Origin: Paramoeba atlantica
Lineage: Eukaryota; Protista; Discosea
DNA length: 64,000 nucleotides
Assembly (NCBI GenBank): GCA_977017575.1
Contig: CDRNVI010000070.1
Span: 62,001-126,000, forward strand
Direction of reading: 5' to 3'
Shown: positions 9,809-21,284 of the stretch, piece after piece
Layout: each line of letters begins with the position of its first letter
How positions within the stretch are numbered: the first letter of the stretch is position 1
Position numbers and translations under genes: made by a program
Notes under the pieces: model-generated
Told to the model about the DNA's origin: nothing
The model's database searches: none
The model's input: only the letters and a program-made list of their open reading frames with translations

Positions 9809-12514
9809 ATGTGGAACAAACTTTTATCCGACCGCCAAACGTTTTTCACCTCATTTCGGGGTGAGGCCTCCGATGAGCTCACGTGCTTTGTTGAAAACTT
9901 TTTGCAGCCCACTGCTCCATCTACAGAAAAGCGAAAGACCGCTCTAAGCTTCATCGAAAATTGTATTGAGCGCTGTGCGGTTCGTCTTGGTATTGAGAAA
10001 TCGAAAGTGAGCGTGCACTTGTTCGGATCATTTTATCATGGTACGTATCTTCCCGACGGCGACGTAGATATTACAGTTCGTTCTCCTTCAAGGAACGTAG
10101 TTGCACTGATGCATAGTTTGTACAGTACACTTGAGGAAGCCCAGATACCCGTAGAATTCGTCCAGGCTGAGGTCAAACTGCTGAAGTGTTACATTAACGA
10201 AATCTGTATTGACGTCACCTTTAATCAAGTTTTCGGCATTGTCACCGCGAGGTTGGTGCATCACGTTACAGAAATTGATCTTTTTCCTTCGAATTTAGTC
10301 AAACACAGCATTCTTTTGATCAAAGCTTGGGCGTATCACGAGACAAGAGTTTTGGGGGCAAATGGCGGATTATTGGGCACGTACGCCATAACAGTTATGC
10401 TTTTTTGCGTTCTGAACTCCTTATCTCAACATGTGCCCTTGCGTACGCTTACACCTCTGGAGTTGCTATCTCATTTTTTTGCCTTCTTCAGGGAGTTTTC
10501 GTTGCTTACGCATATTGTTACAGTGTACGGTAGCATTGCAAAATCAGCAGAATCCTCGGCGGAAAAACAAGAGACCCTAGGAACTGCATTTCAAAAAAAG
10601 ATCATAAGTCGAAACGATGTTCTAAGTTTTATGAGCCATTACGCATCTTTCTTGGACGAAAATATACCGTTGCTGTCGTCTACTCAGCCGGCATCAATAA
10701 ATTCGTCATCACATCAGTGCTCGTTCGAAGCGAATTCTCCATCACGTGAGTTGGACTCGCTGCCAGAGAATTCCAAAGAAGATTCAAGTACCACAGAAAA
10801 ATTACCAAGTATCACGGGAACAGCGCCGCCTCTAGAAGCGTACGTTACCGAAAGAGACGTCGCCCCGGACGGTACGAATCCTGACTATTCCTTCGAAATA
10901 ATTGACTCAAGACCGATAAATATTGCCGATCCTCTACGACCCGAAAGTAATCTCGCAAGAGGCATCCACAAGAGCCACGCACTCCGGATTCAGGAAGCGA
11001 TATCAAGAGCGGCCCATGTATTGGATCTAATTCTTCAGGAATATGTAGTGCATACCGACGAGAAAATATCATTACTTTCAAAAGTTGCTACAGTTCAGCT
11101 TAATCCTGTCGTCCAGCGAGACACTGTATATGAAGAAAGGACCGATATTTATAATAGAAACATTGCACCCTGCGTATCGAACGGCACGCCCCAGAAAATT
11201 TGTTCAAGCCCCATTTTAAAGTTTTTCAAGTGCACAGCTTATGCTTGTATTTTCAGCCAGAAATTGCTGAGTTTACGCGAAGCATCGGTTCATTCCTGTG
11301 ATATTCGAGGAGTGCGAAACAGCCGATCGAAAAGTACAGAAGCAAATGATGATTTAGAGGTGCCCGCATCTATATTATGTCCATCCCCACCGATGATTGG
11401 ACCATCTCCTTTGGACAAAAACTCGATAATTTGTGAGGAGGGTAATAACTATTTCGGAAGTGAAAACTCGCAGAGATATCCGCCCGCACTTGATTCACCT
11501 TCTGACGTGCGCATAGGTTATAGCATTCGAGATCATGATGTATCTAACAGTGAAGCGCCAAGATTGGGAATTGCGGCAAGAACGCCTGTTACACGAACCA
11601 CAAACAAGAATATCAATACAGACAGTAGTCACGCCATGCAGGCTCCTCTGTCGGCACATTCTCATAGTTTTATGCCCAATTTGCGCGACACATCTACCTG
11701 GCTTCATTCCCCTCCACAGCCCATGTTTGAACCTCCTTGGAACATCCAATCAAAGCACCTTCACCCTCCTCGTGCTCTGCCTGTGGAGAATTTTCTTAAT
11801 TCCTATTCGGGGACCATGCCTGCAGTCAATTTGAACAGCTTCGCTTGGACGCCACGGCATCCCGCTGGTGAGTTCAAACCACCCGTGACCCCAGGAGTTC
11901 CCCCATTCATTTATTATGGAACTCAAGATGAAACTTACCCCCATGGACCTGCGTGGGCCACGAACTACCCGCTTCCCCCTGCACATGTCAGAGACCCACA
12001 CAACCCGGTTCTTCACAACATGACCCCAAACCCCGTGTATTATGGAACACCCTTCCCCTACCCCTCGGGACAATCAGTACCATTTCCCCCCTCGGTTCCC
12101 GGCCCCATGTTCGAAAATCAACCCTTTAATGTGTTGGATCACGGATACGCCACCCATCGATACCCGAACTACTCCAGAGGGTACCGGTACAATAGGAACT
12201 CACGTTTTCATCACACCGCACGCCCCGGCGCTGTGAATCTTCCCACTCCCCCCGATAAGCAAGCCGTTGTGCCGGAGAAGGCAAACAGCAATGCAACGCC
12301 GACGAATTCAGAGTTGAATGTACAAAGCAATACACCGATGCAAGAACAAGGTTCTGAAGAAGAGCAAAAAGAAAGTGAATCAAACGAAGAAGAAACGATA
12401 CCGGCATCTTCTCAAAGGGGTACAACTTTGCATCCATTAAATGATCCGTCTAATTTGGAGGAAAAAAATCAGAGTGAAAAGAAATACGTGCCACCGCATC
12501 TCCGAAGGTCATAG
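9809..12514 (+). CDS. Non-canonical poly(A) polymerase-like nucleotidyltransferase (NT plus PAP/OAS1 substrate-binding domain) with long Pro-rich tail
   Basis: FGSFYHGTYLPDGDVDIT catalytic motif, AEVKLLKC..IDVTFNQ, SILLIKAWAYHETRVLGA..GLLGTYAI and NIADPLRPESNL, matching the plant/protist PAP-OAS1-like family. Confidence 0.85.
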   Translation: MWNKLLSDRQTFFTSFRGEASDELTCFVENFLQPTAPSTEKRKTALSFIENCIERCAVRLGIEKSKVSVHLFGSFYHGTYLPDGDVDITVRSPSRNVVALMHSLYSTLEEAQIPVEFVQAEVKLLKCYINEICIDVTFNQVFGIVTARLVHHVTEIDLFPSNLVKHSILLIKAWAYHETRVLGANGGLLGTYAITVMLFCVLNSLSQHVPLRTLTPLELLSHFFAFFREFSLLTHIVTVYGSIAKSAESSAEKQETLGTAFQKKIISRNDVLSFMSHYASFLDENIPLLSSTQPASINSSSHQCSFEANSPSRELDSLPENSKEDSSTTEKLPSITGTAPPLEAYVTERDVAPDGTNPDYSFEIIDSRPINIADPLRPESNLARGIHKSHALRIQEAISRAAHVLDLILQEYVVHTDEKISLLSKVATVQLNPVVQRDTVYEERTDIYNRNIAPCVSNGTPQKICSSPILKFFKCTAYACIFSQKLLSLREASVHSCDIRGVRNSRSKSTEANDDLEVPASILCPSPPMIGPSPLDKNSIICEEGNNYFGSENSQRYPPALDSPSDVRIGYSIRDHDVSNSEAPRLGIAARTPVTRTTNKNINTDSSHAMQAPLSAHSHSFMPNLRDTSTWLHSPPQPMFEPPWNIQSKHLHPPRALPVENFLNSYSGTMPAVNLNSFAWTPRHPAGEFKPPVTPGVPPFIYYGTQDETYPHGPAWATNYPLPPAHVRDPHNPVLHNMTPNPVYYGTPFPYPSGQSVPFPPSVPGPMFENQPFNVLDHGYATHRYPNYSRGYRYNRNSRFHHTARPGAVNLPTPPDKQAVVPEKANSNATPTNSELNVQSNTPMQEQGSEEEQKESESNEEETIPASSQRGTTLHPLNDPSNLEEKNQSEKKYVPPHLRRS

Positions 12515-13193
12515 TAGTGGCCATGGAACATGGTGGCAAGGGGCTCGTCAGTAAGGATGTCTAGTCCTTGTCTAATAAGCAACTAAGGCCTCACTCGTTC
12601 TTGTCTACTGCTTGCCTAGTAAGCACCAGAGAAATACGTACTTGTATTTACATGTACATATACACAAGATTACGTTTCCAACGTGTCGAGGCGCTCTGGC
12701 GCTTGGTGTACCATGTAAAAATCTTTGAAAATACGTGAGGGTGCGACCTTCTTTTATGTGGAAGATCGGAGCAGGTGTGAGTTTCGGCATTTCAATGCAA
12801 CGTTCAATAGGATGAACAAATCAACAGGATGGTCCCCGCATGGCTTTGTACTTCAGCAAGATCGTTTTATGCATGCATGATATTACTATACTCACCTACT
12901 ATACGTTACGGACCCAGTCCACGAAATAAGGATTTGAACGACCTTTACATGAAAATAGGCGAAGTAAAAATGCACTAATGACATTTGTTTTACGAAGATA
13001 CTTGCTTGCAGTACATACTTCATTACTACTTGACTATAAAATGAATTTAATTTAAACATACGGTAGATACATGCCTTATTCCTATAACTATTTGGGAATC
13101 TTAGTAAATAATTACTAAGAGTAATTATTAGGAGAATCTTAGTATAATTAATACTAAGAACTTTATTTCGAGAGAATTTAGACACCCTTACAC

Positions 13194-14279
13194 ATGAACG
13201 TTTATTTAGGTTTTTGCCGACTCCAGCATTTGTATGCGGGGAGGGCGCACCACCGAGGTGTAGTCTTGTTCAAATGCTCTTTTTTGCATCCCATGCGTGA
13301 CCTTGAGACTTTTCATGTCCAGCTGCAATCTCGTGCCACATCACTGACTTCCTACAGGGTCGAACGCGGAGTACTTGGTCATGCTATAATGTATCATGAG
13401 CTGCGAAGACTTTATTCACACACGAACGTGAAGTGCGGACCCGTCTCACGTGAAGAGCTGGAACGGGAAAACAAATTACGTGAACAAGTAGTAACTGCAA
13501 TGGGATGGAATCCCATAACGTCCAGAAAGAGTACAGTTAAAGGAGGAAACTCTATTTCCCATAGGCACGAGACCAAACCCGGTACAGAAAATGGGAGTGA
13601 GACCGCTATAAAAACTACGGACTCTACGCGACCGACTAGAGAATCTACTTCAGATCAAACTGCTCCAAATGACATGCCGCCCAGAGCTCCTTTATCTGCA
13701 TATCTATTTCAGGCATTTTTTTGGGGTATGCTGGTTGTCCTCCTGTACGACATTTTCCAGTCCGCAAAAGATACTCACGCATACAACTTGCCGCTCTGGA
13801 TGGCACCGCCCGATGTATGCGCCCGCTGGCTTCTGCTCTCTTTGTGCCATCCGGCATCAAAGGTGAAACTCGTTAGGGAAGAGTACGAAACAATGCAAAA
13901 AACGAACCCGCTCCTTACGTTCGCGGATTTTCTTGCTTCTCGGTATCCTACTTTACTCCAGGGTCGTGCCGTGTCTCAAGACTACGCTGTATATGTTTTA
14001 TCCCACGCTGTGGCGTCCGAAGACACATTCTTGTTCCGCCGTCTTCTTCTTAGGACCCCACGGGGCAAAGAAAGCATGGACCGCGTGGATGACTTGATCT
14101 CGCGTGTCTCGGCGTCGTTCCCACCCCCACCTCCGAATTTCGGAACGCATCACTTTGCAATGCCACGAAATACAGAGCAATCACAAATTATAAACCCCAC
14201 TGAACACATGCACATAAGAAACACACCCTTGTACGGAATTTCATGTGAAAACGAAAGAAACGATGGCTTTGTTCATTAG
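13194..14279 (+). CDS. Hypothetical protein with one predicted TM helix (AYLFQAFFWGMLVVLLYDIF)
   Basis: 361-aa ORF on the cluster strand, flanked by AT-rich intergenic DNA; no family recognised. Confidence 0.6.
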   Translation: MNVYLGFCRLQHLYAGRAHHRGVVLFKCSFLHPMRDLETFHVQLQSRATSLTSYRVERGVLGHAIMYHELRRLYSHTNVKCGPVSREELERENKLREQVVTAMGWNPITSRKSTVKGGNSISHRHETKPGTENGSETAIKTTDSTRPTRESTSDQTAPNDMPPRAPLSAYLFQAFFWGMLVVLLYDIFQSAKDTHAYNLPLWMAPPDVCARWLLLSLCHPASKVKLVREEYETMQKTNPLLTFADFLASRYPTLLQGRAVSQDYAVYVLSHAVASEDTFLFRRLLLRTPRGKESMDRVDDLISRVSASFPPPPPNFGTHHFAMPRNTEQSQIINPTEHMHIRNTPLYGISCENERNDGFVH

Positions 14280-14633
14280 ATTAGTTTTTCTTTAGGGATT
14301 CCAAAGGAAGACCAATGAATTGAATTAAAATTGTACATAAACCGGTTTGTTTTGACAACGAATAGATTAAAAAATTGAGTAGCTACTGAAGATATCAAAA
14401 AACTGAACCAAATTAAACCACAAATTGAATAGCGATCCCTGCTTTACCTGAATAAGCCTTCGTATGATACGAATTGTATCATATTAAATTTATTTCTGAA
14501 CAATGTCAACATATTAGACATGGACTTTCTTCATATGGCTTAGTTCCATGTACCATAGCTCTGTAGTTTACAAGTACCCTATTCTTATGTGGAACTAGAA
14601 CTCTATTTTAGCCATGAATTTCCGTTACTGAGG

Positions 14634-16562
14634 ATGTCAAAATCGGAAAACACGTCGGAAAGTAAGGAAGATACACAACCCGCACCACATCATCACTTGA
14701 CCCCGTTACAGTACAACAAAGATGCCACGGTGTCACCAACCTACCCGCCCTCCGGGAGTACGGGCTTCGGTCGGGCCAGTGACTATGGCAGTCCGATGGC
14801 TCTTATGCCACGATCCATGGGAAGCAGTGCCGCGCCCGTACCCAGGGAATACGACAGCATGCCCCCGTCTTCTGGCTACGGAAGAGGTCAGAGAGGGAAG
14901 AAGCTTCGATCGTTGTTTCATGGGCTAATGCCTTTCTGGCTCTCTGGGTTGTTTTTATGGGCGCTGACGGTTACCGTGCTGCTAGGGGTGTATCGCAAAA
15001 CAGACCCGAGACAGACCTTGGAGCCCAAGGACCTTAGTCTGCTTCCGCTTCCCACGAAAAGGGCCACAATTCTTCAGTTTAACGATATTTATGAGTTGAT
15101 CCAGTTTAATGACCGGGGAGGGTTGTCTCGTGCCGTGGCACAACGGAAACGCTATGAGAAAGCAAACCCGAACAACACAATTTCAATCTTTTCTGGAGAC
15201 CTGTTTAGTCCATCCGCATTGTCCGCTGCATTCATCGACCCAACAAGTCGGGAACGTTTGAACGGAATTCAAATGGTGAACGTGACCAATTTGCTTTTCG
15301 ACATGGCTGGCTTTGGCAACCACGAGTTTGATCTCAAAGAGAAGGAATTCACTCAGAGACTTCGTGAGTCACGCTATCCCTGGGTGTCCACAAATATCAA
15401 GTCACGGGCTTTTCCGCCAGGAACGGTTCACCGCTATCTGCTCCGCACTGTTGGGGGAATACGAATGGGATTTATCGGCACTTGTGTAGACAGCATCAAT
15501 CCCCACTACGTTGAGATTGAGACCTACACCGGGACCTTAAAAACGGTTCAAAAAACCGCTCGGTATTTGCGCAAACATAAAGATGTGGAATTCGTCGTGC
15601 TGATCTCTCACGATGACATGCCGCGTGATATTCGGATGGTACAGGAGCAGCTCGGGGTAGATCTAGTGCTCGGAGGCCATAACCACGAAAATATGCTGTT
15701 TCGGGTCTCAAACGAGCATGTAACCGTTGCCAAGGCGGATTCCAACATTCGAACATTCTTTGTGCACGAGGTGTTTCGCAACCCGGATCGAGATCATACG
15801 GTTCCTGTCCCAGTTAACCCGTACACGGTGCGTAGTGAGCTGATTTCTGTCACAAAGGATATGCCATGCGACCCGCAGGCCGATCACCTGATTGCGCACT
15901 GGTGGGCGATTGCTTCTCGTTCCTTCGCCTCTGAGAATTTCAATTTGGAAGAGGTGGTCACTGAAATCCCACGTGGGAGTGTCTGGGACGGACGAAATAT
16001 AGTCATGCGGCGCGCGCCAACAGGTTTGTCTGATCTAGTTGCGAAGAGCATTGAGTACTGTGCTCAGGACATGAAGCTATCTAATTTTTCAGGTGCTTTT
16101 TATAATGTGGGCATGATTCGCGTGGATGATATTGTAGGTCCTGGTGAGGTGACGGTGTACGACGTGCTTCGAATTTTGCCGTATTTGAACGTGATGGCTA
16201 TCATTGATATTAGCGGTGAAAGACTGTTGGAAATTTTCAAAGTCTCTTTTACAGAGAATATTCTTCTTGGAGGTTTCATGCAGCTCGGTGAAATGTTTAG
16301 TCGTTCATGCACCAACGTAGATGCTTTGCGAGCGCATCCGAACAACGAGGACCCTGCAATGAATTGTAAACTGAATGGTGAAGATGTAGTCCTTGATAAA
16401 ATGTATGCTTTGGCTACCAACAAATTTCTTCTGACTGGAAAGGAGCGCAACCTCCGTATTATGTCACCTGAACAAAGCTCAGATATCAGGCTGGTGAAAG
16501 ATACTAAGCTTGACTTTCGCCGCTGTTTTATTCGCTACCTGAAGGAAACTCGTTCCACTTAA
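14634..16562 (+). CDS. 5'-nucleotidase/apyrase family metallophosphoesterase, type II membrane anchored
   Basis: ILQFNDIYE, FSGDLFSPS, GNHEFD, LISH and VLGGHNHE metal-binding motifs; C-terminal 5'-NT domain (NVGMIR...YDVLRILPY); TM helix at about 14930-14990; first ATG 14634. Confidence 0.9.
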   Translation: MSKSENTSESKEDTQPAPHHHLTPLQYNKDATVSPTYPPSGSTGFGRASDYGSPMALMPRSMGSSAAPVPREYDSMPPSSGYGRGQRGKKLRSLFHGLMPFWLSGLFLWALTVTVLLGVYRKTDPRQTLEPKDLSLLPLPTKRATILQFNDIYELIQFNDRGGLSRAVAQRKRYEKANPNNTISIFSGDLFSPSALSAAFIDPTSRERLNGIQMVNVTNLLFDMAGFGNHEFDLKEKEFTQRLRESRYPWVSTNIKSRAFPPGTVHRYLLRTVGGIRMGFIGTCVDSINPHYVEIETYTGTLKTVQKTARYLRKHKDVEFVVLISHDDMPRDIRMVQEQLGVDLVLGGHNHENMLFRVSNEHVTVAKADSNIRTFFVHEVFRNPDRDHTVPVPVNPYTVRSELISVTKDMPCDPQADHLIAHWWAIASRSFASENFNLEEVVTEIPRGSVWDGRNIVMRRAPTGLSDLVAKSIEYCAQDMKLSNFSGAFYNVGMIRVDDIVGPGEVTVYDVLRILPYLNVMAIIDISGERLLEIFKVSFTENILLGGFMQLGEMFSRSCTNVDALRAHPNNEDPAMNCKLNGEDVVLDKMYALATNKFLLTGKERNLRIMSPEQSSDIRLVKDTKLDFRRCFIRYLKETRST

Positions 16563-17150
16563 TCGTAAAAAAAATGTTGCGTGTAGGAGGTTTCCAGTTA
16601 TGTGTGAGTGTTATTTATTGTAGTCTAGTTGAGTATAATAATGCAGTCCTCTCGGAGTGGTTGTGCGGGTGGGCTTCAATGTGCTTATCGTATGAAACGA
16701 AGTTGTCTCCCATATACACGGCTTTAACCTATATCGAAATATCTTTAATTTCAGAACTAGGGAAATATTGAGCAGTAATACTATCGTTATAGTGACTCTA
16801 GTTCACTATAACACTATCGTAGTCTTATGTAATAGAAAACACTTCTGTTAGGTCTTAGACGTGGAGTGTCTCCGTTGTGCTTTTGACTTCAGAATTACGT
16901 GAATGGGTCAATGATTTTTTTTCTTCGGTTCGCTTATACCTTCTATAATCACAGACGTTCAAAGATGCCTGTGACAAGAGTTCTGCTCATTCGGTATTGA
17001 TGTCGTGCTAGAACTTGTGTAGCAATTCGTTTCTATTGAAAAAGATATATTTATAGTTCTAGAAGAAGAGCAGCTAATATTGCAATGTTTGGAGCTCTAC
17101 CCTTGTAATCTCTATGCTAAAAAATAAGGCCAGTTGTTACTGCTATTTTC

Positions 17151-20078
17151 ATGTTTAGACTCAGAACATGCTTGCGGAGCTCTTCCGTTGGAAGTTCCAC
17201 AGGACTTATGCAGACTCAGACAATCGCACTCGGGACCCCTTTAAAAGAAATCCTTCCCGATCTGATTTCATACCGTGCTCAGATGATCTCACTTGAAGCT
17301 AAACATCTGCCAACCCGTCCAACATTACAAAAATGTGCAGCAGCGTTTTCCAGCGTATCTATGCCATTCGATATGAACTTGTCCACAGATGAAATTCGGG
17401 AATTGCTTTTGTCATACAACGCATGTAGCTCCACTCTTTTATGCGGGGAATTCGATATCCTTCTTGTTGAATGGCTCTGTGCCCACTTGAAACGCTCGGC
17501 AAAGGCGGACGTTTATCGAATTCTTCAGCATGTTAACGAGACATCTCTTATCGAAGGAGAAGGCTTAAACTCGCAACTTTTTCGTTTCTTGGGAGCGGAT
17601 TGGGTTTTAGAACAGTTAGACAGTTGTGATAACGCATTGGATGGATTCATTCTTGTTGAATTCGTTTCGTGTTCCATGCGATCTCCGGATACAATAGTCA
17701 CTTCAGAGGGACAGAACAATATACGTGTTGCTATAGATAGTCTTCTTCCTCGGGTCTTTGCCTTCCAATGGCAAGATGAACTGAGAGACTTCTGTCTCCG
17801 ATTTAGTGTGCTCTTAAAATGTATTCTAACCCTACGTCGTGTGCATGAGGCTGGAGTTGGTGCAGCTCAGGGAATTGCACGAAGTTACATTGAGCACTCG
17901 AAGTGGCATCACGTGTCGTTCATTGCCCATCTCCTAACGGAATCCAAGGATAGTCCTCAAAGTTTTACTCCGTGTTCGCTTCCCCCATTTTACAACGAAA
18001 GATCACCCCTAATTTGTGCTCACCCTTTTCTACGCGACGAATATTTAGTACCCCACTTGCAGAAGATGATTCAGTCCAATCGGGCTATGCGAATAGAGGA
18101 CGTAATGCACATGCTGAGCGCAGCTACTTTTCTTTGCTACAACGATGATGTATCATTGACAGAGTTAATCGCAACGATGTTAAAGAAAGCGCATCAGGAA
18201 CTGAAAACTGCAAAGCTAAGGAAATCCACATTTTCTGAGCTTTTGAGAGTTTCCTTGCTAACTATTAGAATGACTGTCACATTACCTCCGAATGTATTTA
18301 CTCCCGAAATTAAAGGTGTCGAGCTGCAGAATGAAATAGATCATCGTTTGAGATCCATATCATTGAAGAAAATTACTTGTGAAAATTGGAGTGATATAGT
18401 TGCACTGTATTCCTTATTGTCAGATGGTTTAATACTAGAAGGATGGACGAGCGCCTGTGAAGCCTTGAAAATATTTTGTGTTGAGAATGTTGCCGACATG
18501 CCACCAGAATATAGGGCCTCGGTGCTAGAGGCTCTTGAAAAACATATGACTCATTACGCTCGAAATAGCAAGCTCAATTCTTCTTCACTGGACGAAATAT
18601 TGGAGAAATACATTGCTGCAGTTTTTTCGTATTTGCAGAAACTCTCAGTTGATGATGTTGTAAGATCGCTCGCCTCCGCAATCCGATTGGGTTACGTATT
18701 TCTACCCGAAGATATAGCAAACTACACTAAGAATATAGTAGAAGCGCCTTCAAGTGCAGTCTTTCCTCCTTGTGTGCTTTGTCTGTTTCAGTACTTAACC
18801 AAAAACAGGCCTCGGGTTCACATTGACGCTATCTTGCACCTTGCAAACTATCTTGCACGAGAAGCGTCAAATCTTGACGAAGAACAGCTTATCCAGGTCT
18901 TGCGCAATTTACACGAAAGTCGACTTAAGTACGATGCCTTGCAGACGAAGCTATACCATCGCCTTATGGAATTACCTCTTTCGTCTCAGCATGCAGTAAA
19001 TATCTTGTTCATGCTTGAAGAGTTTGGCAATCGGACGCTAAGTGTTGTGAATCATTTAGCTGGAACTGCTCTCCAAGATTTGAACAACCTTCCATTGGTT
19101 TTAGAGGTTTGCGTACACCAGAATTTGTGTTCTGTTGACGCCCTTGTATCTGTAGCAGATTCTAATGCGAAACTAAAGAACGTGATGAAAGCTTTCTTAG
19201 ACGCCCCAGAAGAGAACTGCAATAAGTGGGTAATAGCTTTCTTTCGCCTATTTCAGAGACTGCCAACTCCCCGCCAAGTGAATATGTTTGAAATTGTTTC
19301 CTCGCGGCTACTATCCGCAACGCTATCCCCTCATGCAGAACTTTGTAAAACCGCGCTTTTGGTATCAAGATGTCGAAGGCACCATGAATTCGCGATAGGG
19401 TCAAGTCTTGTTAATCAAACACGCGATGCACTGAAGTTAGCGACCAAGATGTTCCGTCTTGCCGAGTTAGACATTTCAATAAAGTCAGGTAAGAAAGCAA
19501 TAGGACAGACACCGTCGCAAAGGAAACCGTTAGATATTTCTCGCTTTAATGAAAAAGGAAGTGCCAGGGCATTTTTCTCTGATGTGGTACAATGTATCTA
19601 TATGATAAGTGGGGCGCCCGTTCCATCAGTGATCGCATCCGAGGGCATCACTACAGCGTCGAATTTTCCGGAAGACATTGAATCGACCATTACGGAATGC
19701 TTGACCGCACTGGTTCCTACAGTAACAGAGGCTATGGAAAGCATTTCCATTTCCGAAATATCCACTATCTTGATCTCCTATGTGCGTTACCCTTTGAGCG
19801 CTGTACCGTTATTCGTTTCTAGGCTTTGCCGTGCTGTCCATATTCACAAAAAAGAACTTGATCACGCAACAGCGAGCTTATTTTTATATTGTCTCACTGT
19901 ACTAAAGGTTCGTGACGCGCATACGATGAGTACCTTAATGCGTATTATCGAACGTGGAAACACAAAGGTAAAGGCATTAGGTCACTTGAGTGGTACTAGT
20001 ATGCTCTTGTATAAAAATGCTTTAAATAATTTGCGCCGTTCCGGAGTCGAAGCGCAAACAAAATTCCACGCTGACTAA
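17151..20078 (+). CDS. Hypothetical 975-aa helical-repeat-like protein, possibly mitochondrial
   Basis: Long ORF with a presequence-like N-terminus (MFRLRTCLRSSS) and Leu-rich helical composition; no family assigned. Confidence 0.7.
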   Translation: MFRLRTCLRSSSVGSSTGLMQTQTIALGTPLKEILPDLISYRAQMISLEAKHLPTRPTLQKCAAAFSSVSMPFDMNLSTDEIRELLLSYNACSSTLLCGEFDILLVEWLCAHLKRSAKADVYRILQHVNETSLIEGEGLNSQLFRFLGADWVLEQLDSCDNALDGFILVEFVSCSMRSPDTIVTSEGQNNIRVAIDSLLPRVFAFQWQDELRDFCLRFSVLLKCILTLRRVHEAGVGAAQGIARSYIEHSKWHHVSFIAHLLTESKDSPQSFTPCSLPPFYNERSPLICAHPFLRDEYLVPHLQKMIQSNRAMRIEDVMHMLSAATFLCYNDDVSLTELIATMLKKAHQELKTAKLRKSTFSELLRVSLLTIRMTVTLPPNVFTPEIKGVELQNEIDHRLRSISLKKITCENWSDIVALYSLLSDGLILEGWTSACEALKIFCVENVADMPPEYRASVLEALEKHMTHYARNSKLNSSSLDEILEKYIAAVFSYLQKLSVDDVVRSLASAIRLGYVFLPEDIANYTKNIVEAPSSAVFPPCVLCLFQYLTKNRPRVHIDAILHLANYLAREASNLDEEQLIQVLRNLHESRLKYDALQTKLYHRLMELPLSSQHAVNILFMLEEFGNRTLSVVNHLAGTALQDLNNLPLVLEVCVHQNLCSVDALVSVADSNAKLKNVMKAFLDAPEENCNKWVIAFFRLFQRLPTPRQVNMFEIVSSRLLSATLSPHAELCKTALLVSRCRRHHEFAIGSSLVNQTRDALKLATKMFRLAELDISIKSGKKAIGQTPSQRKPLDISRFNEKGSARAFFSDVVQCIYMISGAPVPSVIASEGITTASNFPEDIESTITECLTALVPTVTEAMESISISEISTILISYVRYPLSAVPLFVSRLCRAVHIHKKELDHATASLFLYCLTVLKVRDAHTMSTLMRIIERGNTKVKALGHLSGTSMLLYKNALNNLRRSGVEAQTKFHAD

Positions 20079-20501
20079 AACAGTCAAGATTCCCCAAGTT
20101 AATTGGAGAAACTCCTGTACATTTATTTGAATACCATGATTATAGCGGTTGTATCAGTGCCCGGAATGAACAGTTGGGCCTAGTCAGCACTAATCCAAGC
20201 ACATTTTGTAGAGCCGATTTGTTTTCACCGTATTTCACACTGCCATATTAAGTGTACATGTATGTACACGTACATGTATGTATTGAAGGTGTGATCTATG
20301 AAACGCGTCATAACATGCTTTGCGGTACAGTGTGTATTCATTATTCTTTTGAGCAGCACAATATTCACTATTTTTGATAAAAAAAAGAGTTGCATTCGAA
20401 ATAAACAACATAACCGGAGTGATGGAAACGATTCTAGACTATCACAATAGTAAAAATAATACCTGTATCTTCTTTTTCTTTCTTCTTGAATCCTTTACCA
20501 C

Positions 20502-21284
20502 ATGGGAGGAAAACGCGCACATCCCATCGCTCGCCCGTGGTACTGGAAAGAGAACGACCCACTAGGGTGGTGGAAAGGCTATGACTGGCCCAGCATTCGC
20601 CGTGGTCGCCAAGTCTACTCCGAGGTCTTCGCTCCTTGTCACCCCATCTTTGACTACACCTTTAACCACTTCCAGGCTTTCATGACGAAAGAGGAGATTA
20701 AAAAACTCGCGAGTCAGTATGATATCGTGGATGAAAACCCGAGCCCGGATGGCAGCGATGATGTGCGTAGTGGTAAGCCCACAGACGACCTCCCCAAGCC
20801 CTATCCGAACTCCCGGGCGGCACAGTTCGCCAACAGCGGCGCCGAGCCCCCGGACCTGCGCTATGCCGCGTTCTGGTGTGAGGACGGGGTGGACTACATT
20901 TTCTCCCTACTCACGGGCTACAGTTGGGGCCAGGGTTTGTTTCCGCTCCCCAGCTTCCTGCCTCCACTCAAACAAGGCCAGTTCTTCAACCCCTACATGA
21001 AAGGGTGCGTAATAGCGATGCCCCCACCGCTGTCGGATGGAATGTTGGAGTACGAGGACGGCACCCCCGCGACGGTGAGTCAAATGGCCAAAGATGTGTG
21101 CAACTTTTTGCGTTGGACCGCAGAGCCGGAGTACGATGAGCGCCGAGTAAGCTTTTGGAGGATTTGCTCCACCGTTTTGCTCACCGCCATGCTACTGATG
21201 CACCAGTCGCAGAAACACACATCCTACCTGATCTATCGACGTGGTCGGTATCGCTACTGGGACAAGGCGGCGTGGGGAAATTGA
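20502..21284 (+). CDS. CYC1: Cytochrome c1 (complex III), euglenozoan type
   Basis: DWPSIRRGRQVYSEVFAPCH (AxxCH single-Cys heme site), AAQFANSGAEPPDL, DYIFSLLTGY, NPY..CVIAMPPPLSDG..EYEDGTPATVSQMAKDV and a C-terminal TM; no cleavable presequence. Confidence 0.97.
   Translation: MGGKRAHPIARPWYWKENDPLGWWKGYDWPSIRRGRQVYSEVFAPCHPIFDYTFNHFQAFMTKEEIKKLASQYDIVDENPSPDGSDDVRSGKPTDDLPKPYPNSRAAQFANSGAEPPDLRYAAFWCEDGVDYIFSLLTGYSWGQGLFPLPSFLPPLKQGQFFNPYMKGCVIAMPPPLSDGMLEYEDGTPATVSQMAKDVCNFLRWTAEPEYDERRVSFWRICSTVLLTAMLLMHQSQKHTSYLIYRRGRYRYWDKAAWGN

Noticed and set aside
16786-16812. Hairpin gttatagtga-ctctagt-tcactataac, and the 13-bp-stem hairpin at 40467-40495, as terminators
   Set aside because: Rho-independent terminators do not apply to this eukaryotic polycistron, and single AT-rich palindromes of this size give no further support.
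1561-21284. PPDK SKL signal and cytochrome c1 AxxCH motif as novelties
   Set aside because: Both are well-established kinetoplastid/euglenozoan traits; I used them only for taxonomic placement.
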